From: a virus
Lineage: Duplodnaviria; Caudoviricetes
DNA: 40,453 bases
Strand: one strand, 5' to 3'
IMG/VR virus record: IMGVR_UViG_3300027804_000011
Span: 1-40,453 of that record
In this document: positions 18,007 to 25,289 of the stretch, in pieces
Numbering within the stretch: the first letter of the stretch is position 1
Layout of the letters: each line of letters begins with the position of its first letter
The notes under the pieces: generated by a model
Database searches by the model: none
The model's input: only the letters and a program-made list of their open reading frames with translations
What the model was told of the DNA's origin: nothing
Made by a program: the position numbers and the translations under genes

Positions 18007-19875
18007 CTATCCGTATGTCTGTTGCCATTGCTCTGCAACGGCTTCATCTAGGTTAATTGAGAATCTTCTTTCCGTCTGAGCACGAGTAGCCCAGCGGTTT
18101 TGCATCCATCTTGCTGACTGTGATTGTTGCTGCATTAATTCGCGGACGCGGATGACAGCAAACCAGAGAGCCATAACACAGTCTGTTGGATTTCTAGTCT
18201 CAGGTTTCCAAGTAATCAATTGTTGCACAAGAGCCTTAAGCCCTTCGCTACCTTCATTACTTGGTAGTTCTATTGAGTTGTTGTCTTGAAATCTTCCGTC
18301 TCTAAGGCTACCGAAAAGGCTTGCCATAGAAGCCACACCGAAAGAAGTATCCCACTTATTCTTACCAGTAAAGTGAGAGTTGAGTTGACACCCATACATC
18401 GAGAGCCAGTTACGCAGTTCATCATCGAGGGCGTAGGCTTTCTGGTGGGCATTGATTTCAATTCTTAGTTCCTGCGGTTTGTATCTTTGTACCCAATCTT
18501 CTATAAGGGCACGAATCTTTGATGGGCTAGGCTCTGTCATATTGACAGCATCTAAAACATAAATCATACTATCGCCGCGATTATAAGTAATAGCTACTGC
18601 AGCAGTATTGCCAGTCATAGCTGGGTCTAATCCTATAACTGTATAGGCAGACTCTAAGTTGCTGGGGTGTCCTGGGGCTCCTGGTTTAAGGGGGCCACGC
18701 TTTCGCATACCATTAACGCATCCTGCAATTGCTGCGGGGGAGAAGATTGAATCTTCGGTGACATCCTCTTGCTGGTAGACCATCGCCCATATGGAAGGTG
18801 CCACTTCACTACGCCTAGTAAAAAGTGAAGGACCGTCCCACTTAGGGTAAAGTCCCTCGGGGTTAACGTCGTCCTTATCGCTTTCAGCCTTGTCCGTCCA
18901 GGGCCAAAGAGTTTTCCAATTCTTGGGTTTCTCATCAAACTCCAGTACGGCTGGTTGGGCAAAGTAGGTAAATGGAGATTTACCGCCAGTCCATTGTTGA
19001 CCGTCCCGAATCATTTTATATAAATCTACTGGAGCAACACGGGTCCCTACGATAAGTAGTTTCCCGTGTCGTCCTAAGCGTGTGATGACTTCTTTCTGAA
19101 GCCATTCAATTTGCTTCTCCCACTCGTGGGAATTTGAGTTCATCACAACATCGTCAAGGATAATCAAATCGGCTCGTGCTCCATAGATTTGACTACCAAA
19201 GCCAAGGGCTTGTACTGTAGGGTCCTTTTCGCCAGAGTCTCTACCAGTGCCAAGATAAATCATATCGGCACTCCAGGTTTGGCTATCAGCCTTATATCCG
19301 CCCTGCGGACCGAAGGCTGTTTGAAGCTTTATCCAATTCGGGTGTGAGAGTCTAGTCTTAATCGCCGAGAGGAACTTGCGGGCCATGCCCTGCGTCTTTG
19401 AGACTATGATGATTCTAACATTAGGATTTACAGCTAGTCGGTAGGTAACATAGTTAATCGTCACCACGGTGGACTTAGCATGCTCAGGGGGTACATTAAT
19501 CAGGATACGGTTGTCGGCGCCTGGCTCATAAGTCATGGCGGGGTGTAACCAGCGGGGCTCGCGCCCCTCTATTAAGTCAACCCAATCCTTATGATGGTCA
19601 AAGAGCTTAGTATCTAGGAACTGCTCAGAGAAGTCCTCAAAGGATATATCCTTAAGATTCTTAAAGTCAGCCTTGATACCTTTGCCTTCTAGGCGGGCCT
19701 TGTCGGCCCTGTCTTTGAAGTCAGTATCCTTCATACTCCATTGACGGAAGGTAACCTCATTACGGTTTACGCTACCCATCGCCTGGGATATGGTGCTACC
19801 TTGGGCTAGCATCAGGAGAACTTTCTCCTTAGCCTCATGCATTGGTATATCTACCTTGCCAGGCTTTCTACCCAT
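18007..19875 (-). CDS. terL: Terminase large subunit with N-terminal HTH (TerS-like) extension
   Basis: 622 aa from MGRKPG (GGGGGA RBS); Walker A PPEHAKST, Walker B LIILDD, VGTR coupling motif, GLDPA and DCVMALW nuclease motifs. Confidence 0.92.
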   Translation of the reverse strand: MGRKPGKVDIPMHEAKEKVLLMLAQGSTISQAMGSVNRNEVTFRQWSMKDTDFKDRADKARLEGKGIKADFKNLKDISFEDFSEQFLDTKLFDHHKDWVDLIEGREPRWLHPAMTYEPGADNRILINVPPEHAKSTVVTINYVTYRLAVNPNVRIIIVSKTQGMARKFLSAIKTRLSHPNWIKLQTAFGPQGGYKADSQTWSADMIYLGTGRDSGEKDPTVQALGFGSQIYGARADLIILDDVVMNSNSHEWEKQIEWLQKEVITRLGRHGKLLIVGTRVAPVDLYKMIRDGQQWTGGKSPFTYFAQPAVLEFDEKPKNWKTLWPWTDKAESDKDDVNPEGLYPKWDGPSLFTRRSEVAPSIWAMVYQQEDVTEDSIFSPAAIAGCVNGMRKRGPLKPGAPGHPSNLESAYTVIGLDPAMTGNTAAVAITYNRGDSMIYVLDAVNMTEPSPSKIRALIEDWVQRYKPQELRIEINAHQKAYALDDELRNWLSMYGCQLNSHFTGKNKWDTSFGVASMASLFGSLRDGRFQDNNSIELPSNEGSEGLKALVQQLITWKPETRNPTDCVMALWFAVIRVRELMQQQSQSARWMQNRWATRAQTERRFSINLDEAVAEQWQQTYG

Positions 19876-19933
19876 CAGTGTCCCCCATAAATCACAGAAA
19901 TAACGCCCGTCATAAAACGGGCATAGTATCCCC

Positions 19934-20015
19934 ATTATATATTATATTATATATTATAAGCGAGCGAGCAATAAAGCGAAGCTCGCTCTATATAATATTT
20001 TATATTACATATATA
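19934..20015. other. AT-rich tract flanking a GC hairpin
   Basis: GAGCGAGC (19962-69)/GCTCGCTC (19981-88) with overlapping GCGAAGC, embedded in near-pure A/T runs. Confidence 0.7.
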
Positions 20016-20179
20016 GAAAACCTGTTCAAATCTGGAAACCGAACAGGTTTCCGTAATATATTTTATTTTAGGGGGTATAATGTCCGATTTATATATATAT
20101 TAGGGGGGATATATAACAGAAATTTATAGGGTGAGACATAATATCTTACTCACCGCAGAATTAAACAATATGCCCTCAA

Positions 20180-20223
20180 AGATTCCTGAGAGATTCCTGA
20201 GAGTTGTCTGAGTGTTGTCTGAG
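20180..20223 (+). repeat. Four 11-bp tandem repeats ending CTGAG
   Basis: AGATTCCTGAG AGATTCCTGAG AGTTGTCTGAG TGTTGTCTGAG. Confidence 0.85.
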
Positions 20224-20362
20224 TAGGGGGCTACCGCCCCTATACCTATACCCTCTACCTATACTAGAGAGTTATACCTTAATTAAATATGAGAATATGC
20301 TGGGGATTTTCTGAGTGTGCGACTATCCCCCCGACCCTATCTCCCCCGTGTGGCGTAGGTCA

Positions 20363-20378
20363 TAGAACAAGTGTTCTA
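20363..20378. promoter_or_regulatory. LexA (SOS)-like box
   Basis: TAGAAC-aagt-GTTCTA; Gram-positive/actinobacterial core GAAC-N4-GTTC. Confidence 0.5.
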
Positions 20379-20379
20379 G

Positions 20380-20395
20380 TGTGAATCGGCTCACA
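20380..20395. promoter_or_regulatory. CRP/GlxR-like box 1
   Basis: TGTGA-atcggc-TCACA, perfect consensus. Confidence 0.6.
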
Positions 20396-20492
20396 CTTTC
20401 CAATTCTCAGCGTGTCGCTATTGACTATTTCCCAATATCCTATCTATCCCGTTATGTCCGATTTACCCTAGTTCTAGGCGTAGTGCCTAAAG

Positions 20493-20508
20493 TGTGACGC
20501 GCTTCACA
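20493..20508. promoter_or_regulatory. CRP/GlxR-like box 2
   Basis: TGTGA-cgcgct-TCACA with aag/ttt flanks. Confidence 0.6.
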
Positions 20509-20549
20509 TTTCCCACGCTCAACTTTAAGAGCTTTATTGTTGCCATGAG

Positions 20550-20578
20550 TTGAGTATTCCCCCCGTTCATGATTCAAT
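20550..20578 (+). promoter_or_regulatory. Putative early sigma-A promoter
   Basis: TTGAGT-17 nt-TTCAAT with extended -10 TG. Confidence 0.45.
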
Positions 20579-20581
20579 TCT

Positions 20582-20925
20582 CCTATCGCTTGGAATTAGC
20601 CCCTAGCGAGAGTCTGAAAGTGGCTAGATAACTAGCCCGATTAGGTGCTCTCTCTCACTAGGCAGACTTTCAGCGAAGTCACTTTAAGGGTTAGACCTAA
20701 TCGGTCTGAGAGTTATCTCTCTTACTTCTCCCGCTTTCGCGGGGGTCGGTCTAATGGATACAAGTCACGCCTAGTCGCATTTTATTTACCGCCTAGAGAG
20801 TTGGTCAGCGAGTTTGGCTTATGTAGAGCCAAGCAAGTAGCCAGCACGATAGGCGCGGGTAGGTGGGTGTTAAAGCCCACCTATCCACTAGGGCAACTCA
20901 GCCCTAAACCGACTAGAGAGGATAG
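20582..20925 (+). ncRNA. Candidate large structured RNA / structured 5' leader
   Basis: At least seven hairpins, long-range helices and G-U pairs that work on the + strand; see findings. Confidence 0.55.
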
Positions 20926-20929
20926 AGTC

Positions 20930-21211
20930 ATGGCTCAAAGAGTCGTGAGAGTATCGCCAGCATGGAGAAGGCAGACACCTAAAGTGTCTTTCCCCATCAC
21001 GATAATCAAGCCTAATGGTGAGCGCTTTATCGTAGCCCCTAGCAAGGCTAAGACTAAGCGCAAGGCTAAGGCTAGAGTAAGTGGCAAAGTAGTAAAGCCA
21101 CGCAAAGTATCAGAGCAAGATACTAAAGCAATTCAACTAGATGAACGCCGTAAGGCTTTCGCTGAGTCGCAGAAGCGACTTGAACTAGAGATGAGAGGAG
21201 CGTATAACTAA
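20930..21211 (+). CDS. First early protein, basic (93 aa)
   Basis: ATG at 20930 with GAGAGGA RBS; 3' part of track ORF 20645..21211. Confidence 0.7.
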   Translation: MAQRVVRVSPAWRRQTPKVSFPITIIKPNGERFIVAPSKAKTKRKAKARVSGKVVKPRKVSEQDTKAIQLDERRKAFAESQKRLELEMRGAYN

Positions 21212-21348
21212 TGAATCAACAAGAGTTATACGCAAAGCTATCCAAGCAGTATCAAGAAGGCTTAATAACCATAGATGAGTTCTATGATGTGATGATAGAG
21301 GAAGGCTTACTCTATATGCTAAGAGTTGCTGAAAGCATGTCTAAATAG
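21211..21348 (+). CDS. Small protein with SHOCT-like motif (45 aa)
   Basis: MNQQELYAKLSKQYQEGLITIDEFY...; TAATG coupling, AGGAG RBS. Confidence 0.6.
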   Translation: MNQQELYAKLSKQYQEGLITIDEFYDVMIEEGLLYMLRVAESMSK

Positions 21349-21355
21349 TAGGCTA

Positions 21356-21401
21356 GTCGCGCACACCTAACGGGTGCGAGGGTTCATGACCCTAGCGCGA
21401 C
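21356..21401 (+). ncRNA. tRNA-like three-way-junction element
   Basis: 7-bp GTCGCGC/GCGCGAC stem enclosing a CACC/GGTG hairpin and an AGGG-TTCATGA-CCCT T-arm-like hairpin. Confidence 0.45.
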
Positions 21402-21447
21402 ACGCGATAGCACAAGGCTACGCACTAGGTAAGAATAGGATAAACTT

Positions 21448-21594
21448 ATGGACGATTACTTAGAGATAAGCGTGAGCGATTGGGGAATAACCTTCTCAAG
21501 CGCACCGCTATATTTCAACCTTCAATGGTGGTTAGTAATTGCTACAATAGGTGTTATGATAGCCCGCAAGGTTATCAAGCATAAGAGAGGATAA
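21448..21594 (+). CDS. Small single-pass membrane protein (48 aa)
   Basis: MDDYLEISVSDWG...WWLVIATIGVMIARKVIKHKRG; AGGA RBS. Confidence 0.6.
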   Translation: MDDYLEISVSDWGITFSSAPLYFNLQWWLVIATIGVMIARKVIKHKRG

Positions 21595-21598
21595 GTAG

Positions 21599-21733
21599 AT
21601 GGCAATTCTAAGAGATACTGCCACCTTCACAGTTAAGTCGCTAGGGCTTTATCAAGCCACGCCGACAACTGATAAGGATTGGGAGATTATCAGCAAGATA
21701 ATCGCTGAGAAGTTATCGGGCGATAATGAGTGA
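21599..21733 (+). CDS. Small hypothetical protein (44 aa)
   Basis: MAILRDTATFTVKSLG...; GAGGA RBS. Confidence 0.55.
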   Translation: MAILRDTATFTVKSLGLYQATPTTDKDWEIISKIIAEKLSGDNE

Positions 21734-21926
21734 GAGCGATTACATATTAGTTCTTGCTCCTAATGAGTTAGACACTATCCGCACCGCGCTACGCGCTGAG
21801 AGCGATAGGTGTAAGCGACAAGGTTTTGAGGGGTTAAAGACCCACACCGATAATCTTAGAGATAAGATTTCCAACATGATGATTGAACACACCTACACTA
21901 GACTTGAAAATAAGTCTAAGGTATGA
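21726..21926 (+). CDS. Hypothetical protein
   Basis: 66 aa, overlaps previous stop. Confidence 0.6.
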   Translation: MSESDYILVLAPNELDTIRTALRAESDRCKRQGFEGLKTHTDNLRDKISNMMIEHTYTRLENKSKV

Positions 21927-21932
21927 TAAGAT
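21899..21932 (+). promoter_or_regulatory. Sigma-A promoter with overlapping palindrome
   Basis: TTGAAA-17 nt-TAAGAT, extended TG; TAGACTT-N6-AAGTCTA over the -35. Confidence 0.6.
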
Positions 21933-21964
21933 AAGGCAACGATAACACCTAAGGGGGTGAGATA

Positions 21965-23182
21965 ATGCCAGAGATAGACGATAGCGAGCCTATGGTTTCA
22001 TGCGTTGTGTGTGAAACCGAGATAGAGCAAGATAACGCTTTCACTACTAGCGCAGGTGAATTAGCATGCGATAGTTGTGTTGCGTATTGTGGCTATTGCG
22101 AATCCGTTGGAACTGATAGCGATAGTTGGTATAATGTAGATGATGAAAATTGGTGCGAGAATTGCTGGGAAAATAACTCTTTCACTTGTAATCGTTGCGA
22201 CTACACTACTAACAGTAATCGTGATAGCGGAACCAGCGTTCAGAATCAAGGCTATTGGTGCGAGGATTGCGCGAGCAATCACACAACCTATTGTGATGAT
22301 TGTGATGAACGCTACGCTGATGGGGTAGGTGAGTGTGATAATTGTGGGAATAATGCTGGTGGTAAGATACACCAATACTCTTACAAGCCTAACCCTGTCT
22401 TTCATGGTGGCAACGATAAGAATCTCTACATGGGCTTTGAACTTGAGATGTCTTTCGGTGATGACCCTGATAGAGATAATTACCATAGCGCCATAGCAGA
22501 AGTGCTACCGCTAGAGCAAGCAGATGTCTGCTATCTCAAGCAAGATGGCTCCATTAGTGGTTGGGGGTATGAGTTAGTCACGCACCCACACACGCTACAC
22601 GCATACGAAAACGCTACGCCACTATGGAATTACATAGAAGGGTGTCGCACTAAGGGTGCGAGAAGTTGGGATACCGATTCTTGTGGGCTTCATGTCCATG
22701 TATCGCGCACCGCTTTCAAGTCGGGCGCTCACACGCACCGATTCTTGTCGCTCATCTATCGTAATCCGCGAGAGATGATGAAGTTAGCTGGGCGCAAGAA
22801 CTCGCGCTTTGCTCGCTTTGATGATGTCTATACTAATGATGAGTGGGGTATCCCACAATTCAACTTGCGAGATAAAGTCCATTATGCTGGTAGAACCGAG
22901 CGATATAGTGCGGTGAATACCAACAATGATTACACACTAGAGTTGCGCTTCTTTCGTGGCAACATGAAGCGCGAGGGTATCATGAGTGCCCTTGAGTTAT
23001 GCCACGCTTCGGTAGAATACACTCGCAATATGAGTGTGCCTGATGTAAAGTTGGGCATGCTTAAATGGGAGTGGTTCGCCGATTGGGTAGCCACTAACAA
23101 TGGCTTATATCCTAACCTATACCAGCGCATGTCCAAAGTGCCTAGTGTATCCTTATCAACTCCAACAACAATCAACGCCTGA
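21965..23182 (+). CDS. COOH-NH2 ligase (amidoligase, glutamine synthetase/GCS fold) with N-terminal Zn ribbons
   Basis: GFELE, KQDGS, YELVTHP, CGLHVHVS, RYSAVN, TLELRFF motifs; eight CxxC pairs at the N-terminus. Confidence 0.85.
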   Translation: MPEIDDSEPMVSCVVCETEIEQDNAFTTSAGELACDSCVAYCGYCESVGTDSDSWYNVDDENWCENCWENNSFTCNRCDYTTNSNRDSGTSVQNQGYWCEDCASNHTTYCDDCDERYADGVGECDNCGNNAGGKIHQYSYKPNPVFHGGNDKNLYMGFELEMSFGDDPDRDNYHSAIAEVLPLEQADVCYLKQDGSISGWGYELVTHPHTLHAYENATPLWNYIEGCRTKGARSWDTDSCGLHVHVSRTAFKSGAHTHRFLSLIYRNPREMMKLAGRKNSRFARFDDVYTNDEWGIPQFNLRDKVHYAGRTERYSAVNTNNDYTLELRFFRGNMKREGIMSALELCHASVEYTRNMSVPDVKLGMLKWEWFADWVATNNGLYPNLYQRMSKVPSVSLSTPTTINA

Positions 23183-23192
23183 GGGGGTGTAG

Positions 23193-24095
23193 ATGTGTCT
23201 ATTAGTAGTATGTAAGCCTAACGCTATACCAAAGCGTGAGGAACTTACAGAGGGAGCATGTGCTAATCCACATGGCTTCGGCTTTGCTATCGTAGCAGAT
23301 GGTAAAGTTATCCGCTATCGCACAATGAGTGCCAAGAAGGCGGTGTCTAAGTTCTTAGAACTACGCGAGCAGTATCCTAGTGGCTATGCTATATGGCATG
23401 CCAGATACGCTACGCATGGTGTAAAGAACGAGGATAACTGCCACCCATATCAAGTGGGTGATGATACCAATACTTTTCTAGCGCACAATGGTGTGCTAGA
23501 TACTTTCATCAGCAAGGGCGATAAGCGTAGTGATACGCGTGTCTTTGCTGAGGATACGCTACCTAAACTCGGTGGTGTGCTCGCCCTTGAGGACGAGAAC
23601 ATCTATCGTATGATTGAGGGGTGGGCTAGCGGTAGCAAGATAGCCGTGCTCACCACCAATCCACAAGCCCAACACCAACTCTATCTAATCAACGAAAGAC
23701 TTGGAACTTGGGACGATAACGGAGTATGGTGGAGTAATTCAAGTTATAAGCGTTCAACCATAACGCAATCAACTTACTACTCAACCCCTACTACCTACAC
23801 TAATGCTAGTGCTCTCAACTATGATGAGGAGCAACAATACTACGCTGAACTTCAAGCGCAGTTATATGATGACTCCATCATTATAGATGAGTGCCCTACA
23901 TGCGAAGCCTTAATTGACATAGAGTTGTCCTCAGAGTATTGCCAATACTGTGAGGCATGCGTGTCATGTGGAACACATATCCTAAACTGTATGTGCTACA
24001 TACCCCACTCTGCCCAGCCAAAGCAACGCGAGCTTGACTTTGATAATCAATGGGTAAGAGTGTATAATAAAGATACCCAAGCAATACCTTACTAA
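23193..24095 (+). CDS. Class II glutamine amidotransferase with C-terminal Cys cluster
   Basis: N-terminal Cys2, NPHGFG, HARYATHG, NCHPY, HNGVL, SDTR. Confidence 0.9.
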   Translation: MCLLVVCKPNAIPKREELTEGACANPHGFGFAIVADGKVIRYRTMSAKKAVSKFLELREQYPSGYAIWHARYATHGVKNEDNCHPYQVGDDTNTFLAHNGVLDTFISKGDKRSDTRVFAEDTLPKLGGVLALEDENIYRMIEGWASGSKIAVLTTNPQAQHQLYLINERLGTWDDNGVWWSNSSYKRSTITQSTYYSTPTTYTNASALNYDEEQQYYAELQAQLYDDSIIIDECPTCEALIDIELSSEYCQYCEACVSCGTHILNCMCYIPHSAQPKQRELDFDNQWVRVYNKDTQAIPY

Positions 24096-24118
24096 CCAAC
24101 CTAACAGAAAGATAACCC

Positions 24119-24388
24119 ATGACGAACGAAACACTTATCGTTGGCTTAGCTGACGAACTGCGCGACATCGCCTCTCTACTTGAGAACGCGGTTATTGATA
24201 CACAAGATAGTATCCTTCCACTAGGAACTATTGTAAAAGCACTACCTAATCAGACCCGCTTCAAACCTAAGTCAATATGGGTGTCATTGGGAGATGGCAC
24301 ATACAAGCACTTGACAGGTAAGAAGGGCTTGATTGCCAAGCACGAACGCCTTGATGGATATGTAGATGTCATCTTCGACTCCTTCTAA
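24119..24388 (+). CDS. Hypothetical protein
   Basis: 89 aa. Confidence 0.65.
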   Translation: MTNETLIVGLADELRDIASLLENAVIDTQDSILPLGTIVKALPNQTRFKPKSIWVSLGDGTYKHLTGKKGLIAKHERLDGYVDVIFDSF

Positions 24389-24590
24389 CAACAGGGCTGC
24401 CGTAGCCAAGCCATTAGCAGGTATGCTAGTGGCTGGCTATGTAGTCTTAGTATTTCCAGATGACACAGCCGAGAGCTCCCTATTCTACGGCATGTTTGAC
24501 ACAATAGAGAAGGCTCAAGATTGGGCTGACTTGCTAACGGGTATCGTTACGATACACCCTATCTATCAGACAACCCACAACAGGGGGTAA
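24366..24590 (+). CDS. Hypothetical protein
   Basis: 74 aa, FYGMFDTIEKAQDWA motif. Confidence 0.6.
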   Translation: MSSSTPSNNRAAVAKPLAGMLVAGYVVLVFPDDTAESSLFYGMFDTIEKAQDWADLLTGIVTIHPIYQTTHNRG

Positions 24591-24591
24591 T

Positions 24592-24912
24592 ATGAAGGGC
24601 TCTTGCTCCACACACCCGAAGCCTGACCTATGGTTTCCCACGCAGTATCAGGGCAGACCTAGTATGGCTAAGCGTAAAAGAATTGCTGATGATGTTATGA
24701 TTGCTCTTAGTATCTGCGAGGATTGTCCAATCAAAGCAGAGTGCTTAGCCGAGGGCATGAAGCCCGAGAACATAGAGCATGGCATATGGGGTGGCATGCT
24801 AGCAGGTGAGAGAATACTCATGGCTGGCATACCTACCAACAGAACTATACGGAGCGATGCTATCGTATTCGCAGAGGGAGTAAGAGTATGGCAAGACATA
24901 TCGCTCACTTAA
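24592..24912 (+). CDS. whiB: WhiB-family Fe-S transcription factor
   Basis: C...PDLWFP...CEDC-x5-C...GIWGG..ER. Confidence 0.92.
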   Translation: MKGSCSTHPKPDLWFPTQYQGRPSMAKRKRIADDVMIALSICEDCPIKAECLAEGMKPENIEHGIWGGMLAGERILMAGIPTNRTIRSDAIVFAEGVRVWQDISLT

Positions 24913-25289
24913 TTGGAGCGTTAATCTTTACCTTCATCTTTACAGTATTAGTAGTAGAGCCACTAGCTACACCGCACAAGTATTCTAAGAAAGATACTTG
25001 GACAGTAGAGGATAGTAAAGGCTATGCCTACAACAGGCTATCCGAGTGGCGTGATAAACAGATGTCTTGCCTTAGTAAACTGTGGGGTAAGGAATCAGCA
25101 TGGAAACCCAACGCATACAACAAAGTAAAAGTTATGGGTAAGAATGCTGGCGGTATCCCACAGATACTAGGGCTAGACCCAGCAACACCCCCCACCAAAC
25201 AGATTGACAGGGGGCTTGAGTATATATATTATAGATACGATACTCCCTGTCAAGCTTGGGCTCACTTCAAAAAGAAAGGGTGGTACTAA
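24888..25289 (+). CDS. Membrane-anchored lytic transglycosylase (SLT-like)
   Basis: N-terminal TM; LWGKESAW catalytic Glu, GIPQ, QIDRGLEYI..RY..PCQAW. Confidence 0.8.
   Translation: MARHIAHLIGALIFTFIFTVLVVEPLATPHKYSKKDTWTVEDSKGYAYNRLSEWRDKQMSCLSKLWGKESAWKPNAYNKVKVMGKNAGGIPQILGLDPATPPTKQIDRGLEYIYYRYDTPCQAWAHFKKKGWY

Noticed and set aside
19842-20129. 95-aa Ile/Tyr-rich plus-strand ORF
   Set aside because: Product of AT-rich low-complexity DNA, overlaps terminase start antisense, no RBS
20180-20223. Possible mini CRISPR array
   Set aside because: Units are 11 bp, contiguous, with no spacers; the Cas4-like gene is a typical phage exonuclease and no other cas genes are present
20582-20925. tmRNA, RNase P RNA or hammerhead ribozyme
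   Set aside because: No tRNA-Ala-like ends or CCA, no GAGGAAAGUCC motif, and CTGAGAG/CTGAAAG do not fit the CUGANGA core
20645-20929. 95-codon N-terminal extension of the first early gene
   Set aside because: GTG lacks an RBS while ATG 20930 has GAGAGGA; region is dominated by RNA-like pairing
21356-21405. Canonical tRNA gene
   Set aside because: Only 46 nt, one arm missing, no 7-nt anticodon loop; kept as tRNA-like element
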